Positions 9,362-19,577 of a DNA stretch of 64,000 bases are shown here, in pieces (position 1 is the stretch's first letter; the number at the start of each line of letters is the position of its first letter). Source of the stretch: Tagaea sp. GTDB lineage: Bacteria > Pseudomonadota > Alphaproteobacteria > CACIAM-22H2. Under the pieces are notes generated by a model. That model was not told the DNA's origin. It made no database searches and worked only from the letters and a program-made list of their open reading frames with translations. The position numbers and the translations under genes were made by a program. The DNA lies in assembly GCA_044378015.1 (NCBI GenBank), contig JBILXZ010000016.1, forward strand, positions 1,771 to 65,770, given 5' to 3'.

Positions 9362-10564
9362 ATGGCCGTCGCCTACGCGGACATCGCGGCAGCCGCCGCG
9401 CGCATCGAGGGCCAGGTCAAGCGAACGCCCACCTTGCGCAGCGGCACCTTGTCCAAAATCGCGGGCTGCGAATTGTGGATCAAGTTCGAGAATCTGCAGT
9501 TCATCGCCTCCTTCAAGGAACGCGGGGCGCTCAACAAACTGCTGCAGCTCTCGCGCGACGAGCGCGCGCGTGGCGCCATCGCCATGTCGGCGGGCAACCA
9601 CGCCCAGGCCGTCGCCTACCACGCCGGACGCCTCGGCATCGCCGCCACCATCGTGATGCCGAAATTCACGCCCAACGCGAAGGTCGCGGCAACGCGCCAC
9701 CACGGCGCGCGCGTGATCCTCGAAGGCGAAACGCTGGCCGAGGCGGCAAGCTTCGCGCGCGCGATGGCCGCAAAAGAGAAGCTCGTTTTCGTTCACCCCT
9801 ACGACGACGCGGCGATCGTGGCCGGCCAAGGCACGCTTGCGCTCGAAATGCTGGCCGACCAGCCCGACCTCGACGCGCTCGTGGTGCCCATCGGCGGCGG
9901 GGGCATGATCGCGGGCTGCGCAATTGCCGCCAAAGCGATCAACCCAAACATCGACATCTACGGCGTGGAGGTTGCGGCGTTTGCGGCCGCCGCCCAGCGC
10001 AAAGCGGGTGCGCCGGTACGCACCGGCGGGACGACGATCGCCGAGGGCATTGCTGTCGCCGACATCGGCGCCGAATGCTGGCCCGCTATCGAGCGCGACG
10101 TGCGCGAGGTGCTGGTGGTGGACGAACTCGAGGTCGAGCGCGCCATCGTGTTGCTGATCGAAATCGAAAAGACGGTCGCCGAGGGTGCCGGGGCCGCGGG
10201 CCTTGCCGCGATCCTTGCGCATCGCGACCGGTTCGCGGGTCGGCGCGTGGGCATGGTGCTGTGCGGCGGCAATATCGACACGCGCGTGCTGTCGAGCGTG
10301 CTCTTGCGCGGTCTTGCGCGCGACGGGCGCCTGCTGCGCCTGGAAGTGGACATCGCCGACCGGCCGGGGGCTCTGGCGGAAGTCGCGCGCCGCATCGGCG
10401 AGAGCGGCGGCAACATCGTCGAGATCGAACACCAGCGGATATTCACCGAGAAATCCGCCAAGAACGTTGTCGTCGAGACTACGGTCGAAGTCATCGAGCG
10501 CGCGCACGGCGAAAAACTGATCGCCGCGCTCAACGGGGCGGGCTTCCCCACCCGCCCCGTCTAG
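9362..10564 (+). CDS. ilvA: Threonine ammonia-lyase (PLP-dependent) with C-terminal ACT domain
   Basis: KFENLQFIASFKERGA, SAGNHAQ, PIGGGGM, EGAGAA, CGGNID, ACT motif DRPGAL; start trimmed to MAVAYADI. Confidence 0.85.
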   Translation: MAVAYADIAAAAARIEGQVKRTPTLRSGTLSKIAGCELWIKFENLQFIASFKERGALNKLLQLSRDERARGAIAMSAGNHAQAVAYHAGRLGIAATIVMPKFTPNAKVAATRHHGARVILEGETLAEAASFARAMAAKEKLVFVHPYDDAAIVAGQGTLALEMLADQPDLDALVVPIGGGGMIAGCAIAAKAINPNIDIYGVEVAAFAAAAQRKAGAPVRTGGTTIAEGIAVADIGAECWPAIERDVREVLVVDELEVERAIVLLIEIEKTVAEGAGAAGLAAILAHRDRFAGRRVGMVLCGGNIDTRVLSSVLLRGLARDGRLLRLEVDIADRPGALAEVARRIGESGGNIVEIEHQRIFTEKSAKNVVVETTVEVIERAHGEKLIAALNGAGFPTRPV

Positions 10565-10976
10565 CCGCCCAAGCCATGGGCGCGCCGACAACATGCGCGG
10601 CGCGACGACGTCGACGAGAACAGGCGCGGTTCGGAAGGATCGACGCCGACTCGGACCGCGTGGATTTCGGCGGCCCGAATCGCCATAAAGCGCGGCACAT
10701 TCTCGATAGCGCGCTTGGCCGTATCTTTCGGCGGCCGATCGATGCGCAGCAGATGCGAATCGGCGTGGATCATCAGCATCGGCCTGGAAGCCGATCGCGA
10801 TGCCGAGCGGAGCCTCGGCATGCGCCACGCGGAAGGCTTCGCGGAACGAAGCAATCTTTTTCGGCATTGCGCACCACAACTCTTCGGTAGCGCTCCGAGG
10901 GGATTCGAAATTGCTGTGCGAGCCTGGTATCTTCAACGACGCGAACAGCGCGTTTTGATGCAGTCGCGGCTTTTGA

Positions 10977-12029
10977 CTACAGCAGAGGATTGGGCGGCGG
11001 TGCTGCAACGCGCTCGAGGTCCGGCAGACGGCCCTCTTCGGCCGCGTGGCAGGCGACCATCGCGCCGGTCCTGGCGCGCAGCGCTCGCGGCGCCTCGCTG
11101 CGGCAGCGATCGTTGGCGAAGGGGCAGCGCGGATGGAAGGTGCAGCCCGACGGCGGATCGATGGGGTTGGGCACTTCGCCCGCAACCGGCGTGCGCGGCC
11201 GCCCGGACATTTCAAGATCCGGAATCGCGTCGAGCAGCATGCGCGTGTAGGGATGCACGGGGCGCGCGAACAGCGTCTTCACGTCCGCGATCTCGACAAG
11301 CTTGCCCAGATACATGACTCCGACGCGATCGGAGATGTAGTAGACGACCGCGAGATTGTGGCTGATGAAAAGATAGGTAAGCCCCAACGCGCGCTGAAGA
11401 TCCTTCATGAGATTGAGGATCTGCGCCTGCACCGACACGTCGAGCGCCGAGGTGGGCTCGTCGCACACCAGGAACTCCGGATTCGACGACAAAGCGCGCG
11501 CGATCGATATCCGCTGGCGCTGGCCGCCCGAGAATTCGTGCGGGAACTTCTCCTGGTCCGCCGGGGACAGGCCGACCTGGCGCAGCAATTCGTCCACGCG
11601 TTTCCTGATCTGCGCCGGATCCGGCATGAGACCGTGGACGACGATGGGCTCGGCGACGATTTTGCCCACGCGCCAGCGCGGATTGAGGCTCGCGTAGGGG
11701 TCCTGGAATATCATCTGGAAACGCTTGCGCACGCGCGCGGCATCGGCCGACGAGCCCAGCTTCGACATGTCGGTGCCGTCGAACATCATGCGTCCGCGCG
11801 ACGGCGGATAGAGCCCGACCACGAGGCGGGCGAGCGTCGATTTGCCGCAGCCGGATTCGCCCACGAAGGAGAGCGTCTCGCCTTTGGCGATCGTGAAATC
11901 GACGCCGTCGACCGCGCGCAGCGTCTGTCGCGGCAGCTTCTCCAGCAGACGGTTCAGCAACGGCTTCGACACGTCGAAATAGCGCGCAAGGTCGGTGGCG
12001 ACGATCAGGGGCGCGGCGGTCTCGGTCAT
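10977..12029 (-). CDS. dppF: Oligopeptide/dipeptide ABC transporter ATP-binding protein (DppF/OppF)
   Basis: Walker [44 protein letters not shown]. Confidence 0.88.
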   Translation of the reverse strand: MTETAAPLIVATDLARYFDVSKPLLNRLLEKLPRQTLRAVDGVDFTIAKGETLSFVGESGCGKSTLARLVVGLYPPSRGRMMFDGTDMSKLGSSADAARVRKRFQMIFQDPYASLNPRWRVGKIVAEPIVVHGLMPDPAQIRKRVDELLRQVGLSPADQEKFPHEFSGGQRQRISIARALSSNPEFLVCDEPTSALDVSVQAQILNLMKDLQRALGLTYLFISHNLAVVYYISDRVGVMYLGKLVEIADVKTLFARPVHPYTRMLLDAIPDLEMSGRPRTPVAGEVPNPIDPPSGCTFHPRCPFANDRCRSEAPRALRARTGAMVACHAAEEGRLPDLERVAAPPPNPLL

Positions 12030-13027
12030 TCGGCGGCGGCCTTTGTTCTGCCGCCGTCGTACAGCCAGCACGCGACGTCCGTGTCGCCGACCGGGATCGG
12101 ATCGGGGCGTTCTTGCGTGCAAGGCGCGAAGCGCTTGGTGCAGCGCGGATTGAACGCGCAACCCTTCGGAATGGCGGTCAGGCGCGGCATGGCGCCGTCG
12201 ATTTGGGCGAGCCGCGCGGGCGCGTTGCCGAGCTTCGGGATCGAGCCCATCAGCCCGTCGGTGTAGGGATGTTTGGCGCGCTGGATCACGTCGCGCACGG
12301 GGCCAATCTCGGCGATGCGGCCCGCATACATGACCGCGACGCGGTCGGCCGTTTCCGCGATCACGCCCATGTCGTGCGTCACGAGCATCACGGCCGTCCC
12401 GTGCTCGCGGCACAGGCGCTTGATCAGCGTGATGATCTGCGCCTGGATCGACACGTCCAAGGCCGTCGTCGGCTCGTCGGCGACGATCAGGCGCGGATTG
12501 GCGCACAAGGCGAGCGCGATAACCACGCGCTGGCGCATGCCGCCGGAAAACTGGTGCGGATAATGGTCGATGCGGCGCTCGGGTGCTGGAATGCCGACAT
12601 CCTGCAGCAGCCCGATCGCGCGCGCGCGCGCTTCGCTTTCCGACATGTCGAGATGCGTGAGGATCGTTTCGGTGATCTGCCGGCCGACCGTGTAGAGCGG
12701 ATTGAGCGAGGTGAGCGGATCCTGGAAAACGGCGCCGATCTGCTTGCCGCGGATGCGGCGCATCTTTTCGTACGGCAGATCGTCGATGCGCTGGCCGTCG
12801 AGCAGAATTTCGCCGCCCGCGACCCTGCCCGGCGGCTCGAGCAGGCCGATGATCGCAGCCCCGGTCAGCGACTTGCCGGCCCCGGACTCGCCGACCACGC
12901 CGAGCACTTCGCCGGGTTCGATCGAAAACGAAACGTCGTCGACGGCCACCAGCGTGCCGCGTCGCGTCGGGAACTCGACGCGGAGATTCCGGACTTCGAG
13001 CAAGGGGCGGTTCGAAGGCTTTTCCAT
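12026..13027 (-). CDS. dppD: Oligopeptide/dipeptide ABC transporter ATP-binding protein (DppD/OppD)
   Basis: [48 protein letters not shown]. Confidence 0.88.
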   Translation of the reverse strand: MEKPSNRPLLEVRNLRVEFPTRRGTLVAVDDVSFSIEPGEVLGVVGESGAGKSLTGAAIIGLLEPPGRVAGGEILLDGQRIDDLPYEKMRRIRGKQIGAVFQDPLTSLNPLYTVGRQITETILTHLDMSESEARARAIGLLQDVGIPAPERRIDHYPHQFSGGMRQRVVIALALCANPRLIVADEPTTALDVSIQAQIITLIKRLCREHGTAVMLVTHDMGVIAETADRVAVMYAGRIAEIGPVRDVIQRAKHPYTDGLMGSIPKLGNAPARLAQIDGAMPRLTAIPKGCAFNPRCTKRFAPCTQERPDPIPVGDTDVACWLYDGGRTKAAAE

Positions 13028-13036
13028 GTCCCGCCC

Positions 13037-13948
13037 CTAGCGCAGCTTGGGATTGAGCGCGTCGCGCAGCCAATCGCCCAGGAGATTGACCGCGAGCACC
13101 ATGATGACCAGCGCGAGACCCGGGAACACGGTGATCCACCACTCGCCGGAAAACAGGAAATTGTTGCCGATGCGAATGAGGGTGCCGAGCGACGGCTCGG
13201 TCGGCGGCACGCCCACGCCGAGAAACGACAGCGTCGCTTCCGTGATGATCGCGAGTGCGAGATGGATCGTGGCGATGACGAGCACGGGGCCGAGCACGTT
13301 GGGCAGCACGTGCTGCAGCATGATCGCGACCGGATGGCGGCCGATCACGCGCGCGGCCTGCACGTATTCCTTGCTCTTTTCGACCATGCACGAACCGCGC
13401 ACGGTGCGCGCGTACTGCACCCAGCCCGAAAAGCCGATCGCGAGTATCAGCACGTAGATCGCGATCTCGTGGTGCAGCTCGCGCGGGATCACGACGCGGG
13501 CAACGCCGTCGATAAGGAGCGCGATCAGAATCGCCGGGAAGGAAAGCTGCACGTCGGCGATACGCATGATCACGGCGTCGACCGTGCCGCCGACATAGCC
13601 CGCAAGAAGTCCGAGAGCGATGCCGAGGACCATCGCGAAGACGACCGAGAACACGCCGACCAGCAGCGAAATGCGGCTACCGAACAGGATCGTCGAGAAC
13701 ACGTCGCGCCCTTGCGTGTCGGTGCCGAGCGGGTATTGCGGCAGGCCGTCGGGCATCCACGCGGGCGGCAGCGACGAATCCATCAGGTTGAGCTGGCGCA
13801 GATCGAACGGATTCTGCGGCGCGATCAGCGGCGCGAAAGCGGCGCCCGCGAAAAACAGCACCGTCACGATCGCCGCGACGATGATGATCGGCGAACGGCG
13901 GAAACTGTAGAACACGTCGCTGTCGACGAACCGGCGCACGGCGTCCAT
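13037..13948 (-). CDS. dppC: Dipeptide ABC transporter permease (DppC)
   Basis: PLGTDTQGRD, YVQAARVIG, HVLPN, EATLSFLG; start trimmed to MDAVRRF. Confidence 0.87.
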   Translation of the reverse strand: MDAVRRFVDSDVFYSFRRSPIIIVAAIVTVLFFAGAAFAPLIAPQNPFDLRQLNLMDSSLPPAWMPDGLPQYPLGTDTQGRDVFSTILFGSRISLLVGVFSVVFAMVLGIALGLLAGYVGGTVDAVIMRIADVQLSFPAILIALLIDGVARVVIPRELHHEIAIYVLILAIGFSGWVQYARTVRGSCMVEKSKEYVQAARVIGRHPVAIMLQHVLPNVLGPVLVIATIHLALAIITEATLSFLGVGVPPTEPSLGTLIRIGNNFLFSGEWWITVFPGLALVIMVLAVNLLGDWLRDALNPKLR

Positions 13949-13962
13949 GGCGGAAACTCCGG

Positions 13963-14949
13963 TCAATGGCCGCCTGCCGCACCGCGATCGATCCGCAGAC
14001 GCGGATCGACGGCGTAGTACAGCAGATCGACGACGAGATTTATGAGCACGAAAAAGAAAGCGATCAGGATGAGGTAGGCCGCCATGACCGGCACGTCCGC
14101 GGCCGACACCGACTGGATGAACAGGAAGCCCATGCCGGGCCATTGGAACACGGTTTCGGTCACGATCGCGAAAGCGATAATGCCGCCGAGCTGCAGGCCC
14201 GTGATGGTGATGACGGGCACCAGCGTGTTCTTGAGCGCGTGCCCGAAATTGATCGCGCGGTTGGAAAGCCCGCGCGCGCGCGCGAACTTGATGTAGTCGG
14301 TGCGCAGCACTTCCAGCATTTCCGAACGCACGAGCCGCATGATCAGCGTGAGCTGGAACAGCGCCAGCGTTATGGACGGCAGAATCAGCGCGCGCAGGCC
14401 CGTCGGCGTGAGGAAGCCCGTCGTCCACCAGCCGACCGCGACCGTGGTTCCGCGCCCGAACGAAGGCAGCCAGCCCAGCTGCACCGAAAAGACGAGAATC
14501 AGCAGAATTCCGATGAGAAAAGTCGGCAGGGACACGCCGACGAGACTCACGGTCAAAAGCAGGCGCGAACCGAACGAATCCCGGTTGAGGCCCGTGTAGA
14601 CGCCCATCGGCACGCCGACGAGGAGGGCCAGCAGCGCCGCGCACAGCGACAGTTCGAGAGTCGCCGGCAGGCGTTCCATCAGCAGATCGGAGACCGGCCG
14701 CGCAAGGCGGTAGGAAATGCCGAACTCGCCCTGCGCCGCCTTCGCGAGAAAGTTGAAGTACTGCACGAAAAACGGCTGGTCGAGTCCGAGATCGCGCACG
14801 AGGCGTTGCCTTGCCTCTTCGGTGAAGTCCTGTCCCAGCATGATCGCGATCGGGTCGCCCACATAGGCGAACAGCGAAAACGCCACGAAGCCGACCGCCA
14901 TCATGACAAGCACGGCCTGCAGCAGACGGCGGATGACGAAAGCGACCAT
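13963..14949 (-). CDS. dppB: Dipeptide ABC transporter permease (DppB)
   Basis: LGLDQP, DYIKFARARGL, HALKN, VTETVFQWPGMG. Confidence 0.87.
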   Translation of the reverse strand: MVAFVIRRLLQAVLVMMAVGFVAFSLFAYVGDPIAIMLGQDFTEEARQRLVRDLGLDQPFFVQYFNFLAKAAQGEFGISYRLARPVSDLLMERLPATLELSLCAALLALLVGVPMGVYTGLNRDSFGSRLLLTVSLVGVSLPTFLIGILLILVFSVQLGWLPSFGRGTTVAVGWWTTGFLTPTGLRALILPSITLALFQLTLIMRLVRSEMLEVLRTDYIKFARARGLSNRAINFGHALKNTLVPVITITGLQLGGIIAFAIVTETVFQWPGMGFLFIQSVSAADVPVMAAYLILIAFFFVLINLVVDLLYYAVDPRLRIDRGAAGGH

Positions 14950-14984
14950 TGCTCAGCCGACCCTTCGCGGTTTCGGACCGCAGG

Positions 14985-15011
14985 CTCCGGACGGCGAATG
15001 GCCGTCCGGAG
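14985..15011. terminator. Intercistronic 11-bp stem-loop after the dpp SBP gene (mRNA stabiliser or partial terminator)
   Basis: CTCCGGACGGC-GAATG-GCCGTCCGGAG, a perfect inverted repeat. Confidence 0.6.
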
Positions 15012-15026
15012 TTTTCGAGCGGACGA

Positions 15027-16631
15027 TCAGTTGACCTTGACCCACTTGACTTCGAGCTGGTTCAGCGGGCTGTGCACGAGTTCGACGTTCGAGCGCATCG
15101 CCCAGGGGATCACCTGGTGGTGAAGCGGCAGATGGGGGACGCGCTCGTGGTAGAGCTTGTTGAACTCGTCGATCAGCTTGCGGCGCGCCTCCACGTTCGT
15201 TTCGAGCTTCACCGCGTCGATCACGCGGTCGAAATCCGGATCCGAGAAGCGTCCGTGGTTCCAGATGCCGTTGCCCGGCTGGCCGTCGCGCGTGCGGATC
15301 AGCGACTGCAGGGAGTAGAGCGCGTCGAGCGTGGGCACGCCCCAGCCCAGCAGGTAGAGCGAAGAGTCGTCGCGCTGGACCTTCGGGAAGTACGTGGCGA
15401 GCGGCATCGCGTTCAGATTCGCCTTGATGCCGATCTGCGCCCACATGGCGACGAGTGCTTGGCAGATCGCCTCGTCGTTGATGTAGCGGTTGTTCGGGCA
15501 GTCGAAGGTGATCTCGAATCCGTCGGCATAGCCCGCCTCGCGCATCAGCTTGCGCGCTTCGGCGACGTTGAACGCATAGCGCTTGTCCCAGGTCTTGGTG
15601 TAGCCGTTGACGGTGTCGGGATAGAGCGCACCCGTATTGACCGACTGGCCACGCATCACGCGCGTGTGGATCGCGTCGATGTTCATCGCATGGTACATGG
15701 CGAGGCGCACGCGCACGTCCTTGAAGGGATTGCGGCCCTTGACGGACGAATAGAGCAGCTCGTCGCGGCTGGTGTCGAAGGCGATGAAGATCGTGCGAAC
15801 CTCGGGTCCCGAGACGATCTTGAGGCCGGGGGCCGCTCCGAGCTGCGCGATATCCTGCACCGGCGGATCGAGCACGAAGTCGATTTCGCCAGAACGCAAC
15901 GCGGCCGTGCGCGTCGCGGCCGAAGCGATCGGCTGGAACACGAGTTCGGTCACATTGCCTTCGCGCGCGGCATTGTTCCACCAAGTCGGGTTCTGCACCA
16001 TCACGGTGCGCACGTCGGGCTCGCGGCTGCGCTGCACGAACGGGCCCGTTCCCATCGTATTGCGGCCGGTGAAGCTGTCTTCGCGGCCGCGCACGTTCTG
16101 CGGGCGCGTGGCGTTGTTGGCTTCGCTCCACTCCTTGTCCATCATGTAGACTTGGGTGAGCTTGTCGATCAGAACCGGATCGGGAACCTTGGTGACGATG
16201 TCGACCGTCAGCGCGTCGATCTTGCGCGCTTCGGCGATCGTATCGGTGAAAATGCCGTAGTTCGAGAACTCGTGCAGCGAGCGCTGGATCGAGAACACCA
16301 CGTCGTCGGCGTCGAAGGCGTTGCCGTTCGAGAACTTGACGTCGGGGCGCAGATTGAAGCGCCAACGCGTCGGCTCCATCAGCGTCCAGCGCACGGCCAA
16401 GGCCGGTTGGATTTCCATGTTCTTGCCGCGCTGGACCAGCGGCTCGTAGATCTGGCGCAGCACGAGCGTGACGTTGCCCGCGTTCTGCGAATGCGGGTCC
16501 ATCGTATTGGCGTCGCCCGACACGGACATGCGGAAGGTCTTTGCCTCCGCATGCGGCAACGCGCCGAACGCGAGCATTCCGGCCGCCGCGGCGACAAACG
16601 CCAAGCGTGCGAAACGAAAGTGGTTTTTCAT
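15027..16631 (-). CDS. Dipeptide/oligopeptide ABC substrate-binding protein (DppA-like, family 5)
   Basis: Signal peptide MKNHFRFARLAFVAAAAG; MDPHS, IYEPLV, GTGPF, PNNRYINDE; RBS GGAGG. Confidence 0.88.
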   Translation of the reverse strand: MKNHFRFARLAFVAAAAGMLAFGALPHAEAKTFRMSVSGDANTMDPHSQNAGNVTLVLRQIYEPLVQRGKNMEIQPALAVRWTLMEPTRWRFNLRPDVKFSNGNAFDADDVVFSIQRSLHEFSNYGIFTDTIAEARKIDALTVDIVTKVPDPVLIDKLTQVYMMDKEWSEANNATRPQNVRGREDSFTGRNTMGTGPFVQRSREPDVRTVMVQNPTWWNNAAREGNVTELVFQPIASAATRTAALRSGEIDFVLDPPVQDIAQLGAAPGLKIVSGPEVRTIFIAFDTSRDELLYSSVKGRNPFKDVRVRLAMYHAMNIDAIHTRVMRGQSVNTGALYPDTVNGYTKTWDKRYAFNVAEARKLMREAGYADGFEITFDCPNNRYINDEAICQALVAMWAQIGIKANLNAMPLATYFPKVQRDDSSLYLLGWGVPTLDALYSLQSLIRTRDGQPGNGIWNHGRFSDPDFDRVIDAVKLETNVEARRKLIDEFNKLYHERVPHLPLHHQVIPWAMRSNVELVHSPLNQLEVKWVKVN

Positions 16632-16733
16632 GATGCCTCCGGTGAATGTCCGCGCGCGTGCGGGTGGGGGGATTTGGTTCAAGGGCTGTCCGGACAAGGG
16701 CAAAGCGCGCCTTGCGCGAACCCGAGCCGTCGT

Positions 16734-16754
16734 CTTGGCAGCTTTCATGCCAAG
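16734..16754. promoter_or_regulatory. Imperfect palindrome that reads as a sigma-54 -24/-12 element on both strands
   Basis: CTTGGCA-GCTTTCA-TGCCAAG; GG-N10-GC on + (TGGCAGCTTTCATGC) and on - (TGGCATGAAAGCTGC); lies between divergent genes. Confidence 0.35.
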
Positions 16755-16913
16755 CAAACGGCCCACAAGAGTCTCTTCGTAACGCGTTGGTCGCACAAAT
16801 CAATGGGATTCTGCCGCGCGATTGGGCAACCTTCGGAACATTTGTGAAACTTTGCGGCGCGCGACAACAGCGCTCGGGCTGCGCTAAGATTTGTCCAAGA
16901 GGGGGATAAAAAA

Positions 16914-18311
16914 ATGAACGATCAGCGTCCGCGCGGCAACTCGCTTGCCGCCCGCGATATCGCAGCCCTTGTGCACCCTTACACGAACCTGCGCGCGCAC
17001 GAGACCGACGGCCCGGTCGTAATGGCCAAAGGGCGCGGCATTTACGTGGTGGACGACAGCGGCAAAGAATATATTGAAGGCCTCGCGGGCCTGTGGTGCG
17101 CTTCGCTCGGCTTCGACGAGCCGCGTCTAGCCGATGCCGCACATCGCCAGATGCGCCAGCTCCCTTTCTACCACATCTTTGCGGGCAAATCGCACGAGCC
17201 CGGCATCGTGCTGGCCGAGAAACTCAAGGAAATCGCGCCCGTCCCGATGTCGAAGGTGTTCTTCGCCAATTCGGGCTCGGAAGCCAACGACACGGCGATC
17301 AAGATTCTCTGGTACGTCGCCAACGCCGCAGGCACGCCCAAGCGCAAGAAAATCCTGAGCCGCGAGAAAGCGTATCACGGCGTCACCATCGCGGCGGCGT
17401 CGCTGACCAAGCTGCCTGCCAACCAGCGCGATTTCGACCTGCCGATCTTCCCCGTGGCGTACGCCGAAACGCCGCATTTCTATCGCGGCGGGCTGCCCGG
17501 CGAGAGCGAGGAGCAGTATTCGACGCGCCTAGCCGAAAACCTCGAAAAGCTGATCTTGGCCGAAGACCCCGAGACGATCGTGGCGATGTTCGCAGAGCCT
17601 GTCATGGGCGCGGGCGGCGCCATCGTTCCGCCGACGGGCTATTTCCCGAAGATTCAGGCCGTTTTGCGCAAATACGGCATCCTGCTCGTCGCCGACGAAG
17701 TGATCTGCGGCTTCGGGCGCACCGGCAACATGTGGGGCAGCCAGACCTACGGCATCGAGCCCGATATCTTGACCTGCGCCAAGGCGCTGTCGTCGGCCTA
17801 TCTGCCGATTTCCGCCGTGCTGATCTCCGAGCCCGTTTATGCCGCCATGCAGTCCAACAGCGCCAAGATAGGCACGTTCGGCCACGGCTACACCTACTCC
17901 GCACATCCGGTACCCGCTGCCGTCGCCGTCGAGACTCTCGCGATCTACGAAGAGCGCGACATGGTGGGCCACGTGCGCCGCATGGCGCCCATATTCCAAG
18001 CGGCACTTGAAGCGCTTGCCGACGCGCCTATTGTCGGTGAAGCCAAAGGCGTGGGCATTATCGGCGGACTGCAGCTTGTGAAGGACAAGGCAAGCAAAAC
18101 CATGTTCGAACCGAGCCAAGCAGTGGCTCCGCTGATCGCCAAAGCCTGCGAGGCCAACGGCCTCATGGTACGCGCGCTGTTCGACAACCGCCTGGCCGTC
18201 TGCCCGCCGCTGATCATCGACGAGGCCGGCATCGACGAACTGTTCGAGCGCTTCGCCAAAGGCATTGCCGAGGGCACGCTAGCGGCAAAGGCCAAAGGCT
18301 TCATCGACTGA
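16914..18311 (+). CDS. Class-III PLP aminotransferase (omega-amino acid/polyamine:pyruvate type)
   Basis: EGLAGLWC, FANSGSEANDT, YHGVT, AEPVMGAGG, ADEVICGFGRTG, AKALSSAYLP, HGYTYSAHP. Confidence 0.9.
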   Translation: MNDQRPRGNSLAARDIAALVHPYTNLRAHETDGPVVMAKGRGIYVVDDSGKEYIEGLAGLWCASLGFDEPRLADAAHRQMRQLPFYHIFAGKSHEPGIVLAEKLKEIAPVPMSKVFFANSGSEANDTAIKILWYVANAAGTPKRKKILSREKAYHGVTIAAASLTKLPANQRDFDLPIFPVAYAETPHFYRGGLPGESEEQYSTRLAENLEKLILAEDPETIVAMFAEPVMGAGGAIVPPTGYFPKIQAVLRKYGILLVADEVICGFGRTGNMWGSQTYGIEPDILTCAKALSSAYLPISAVLISEPVYAAMQSNSAKIGTFGHGYTYSAHPVPAAVAVETLAIYEERDMVGHVRRMAPIFQAALEALADAPIVGEAKGVGIIGGLQLVKDKASKTMFEPSQAVAPLIAKACEANGLMVRALFDNRLAVCPPLIIDEAGIDELFERFAKGIAEGTLAAKAKGFID

Positions 18312-18335
18312 ACCGAACCCCGAGGACCGAACGCC

Positions 18336-19553
18336 ATGCGACGCGACTACGACCGCTATTTTTCCGACGCGATCGGCGCCCTTAAGGCCGAAGGGCGCTA
18401 CCGCGTGTTCGCCGAACTCGAGCGCACCTGCGGCAGGTTTCCGCACGCGGTGTGGCATTCGCCCGACGGCCCGCGCGACGTCGTCGTATGGTGCTCGAAC
18501 GACTATCTCGGCATGGGCCAGCATCCCGAAACGCTCAGAGCCATGCACGAAGCGCTCGACAGCAACGGCGCGGGCGCAGGGGGCACGCGCAACATTTCGG
18601 GCACCAACCACCAGCATGTGCTGCTCGAGCGCGAACTGGCCGATCTGCACGCCAAGCCGGCCGCGTTGATATTCGGTTCGGGCTACAATGCGAACGAGGC
18701 CACGCTGTCCGCCCTTGGCCGCCTGATGCCTGGCCTGGTGATCCTTTCGGATGCGCTCAACCACGCCTCGATGATCGAGGGCATGCGCCATTCGGGCTCC
18801 GAAAAGCGCATCTTCCGCCACAACGACGCGGCCGACCTCGAAGCCCGGCTCAAATCGGTCGAACCGGGCCGACCCAAGCTCATCGCGTTCGAAAGCGTCT
18901 ATTCGATGGACGGCGACGTGGCCCCGATCCACGCTTTTTGCGATCTTGCCGAGAAACACGACGCGATGACCTATCTCGACGAGGTGCACGCGGTCGGCCT
19001 CTACGGTGCGCGCGGGGCGGGCATCTCGGAGCGCGACGGCGCCCAAAACCGCCTCGACATCGTGCAAGGCACCCTCGCCAAAGGGTTCGGCGTCGTCGGC
19101 GGCTACATCGCCGCCTCGGCGGCTCTGTGCGACGCGGTGCGCAGCACGGCCCCCGGCTTCATCTTTTCGAGCTCGATGCCGCCGGTGGTGGCCGCCGGCG
19201 CGCGCGCCTCGATCCGGCACCTGAAACACGACAATGCCGCGCGCGAAAAACTCGCCGAGCGCGCGGCGCGCCTCAAGCGCCTGCTGACGGCAGCCGGGAT
19301 GCCGGTGATGCCGTCGGTCACGCATATCGTGCCGCTGATGGTCGGCGACGCGCGCCTGGCCAAACAGGCCAGCGACGAGCTCTTGCTGCGCCACGGCATC
19401 TACGTGCAGCCGATCAATTTCCCGACCGTGCCGCGCGGCACGGAACGGCTGCGCGTGACGGCAACCCCGTTCCACGACGATGCGCTGATGGACCGGCTCG
19501 TCGAAGCGGTCGTCGATGTGTGGAGCAGGCTCGATCTGCGGCGCGCGGCCTGA
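18336..19553 (+). CDS. hemA: 5-aminolevulinate synthase
   Basis: [63 protein letters not shown]. Confidence 0.95.
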   Translation: MRRDYDRYFSDAIGALKAEGRYRVFAELERTCGRFPHAVWHSPDGPRDVVVWCSNDYLGMGQHPETLRAMHEALDSNGAGAGGTRNISGTNHQHVLLERELADLHAKPAALIFGSGYNANEATLSALGRLMPGLVILSDALNHASMIEGMRHSGSEKRIFRHNDAADLEARLKSVEPGRPKLIAFESVYSMDGDVAPIHAFCDLAEKHDAMTYLDEVHAVGLYGARGAGISERDGAQNRLDIVQGTLAKGFGVVGGYIAASAALCDAVRSTAPGFIFSSSMPPVVAAGARASIRHLKHDNAAREKLAERAARLKRLLTAAGMPVMPSVTHIVPLMVGDARLAKQASDELLLRHGIYVQPINFPTVPRGTERLRVTATPFHDDALMDRLVEAVVDVWSRLDLRRAA

Positions 19554-19577
19554 ACCTATGTCGGCCCGGAAGGTGCG

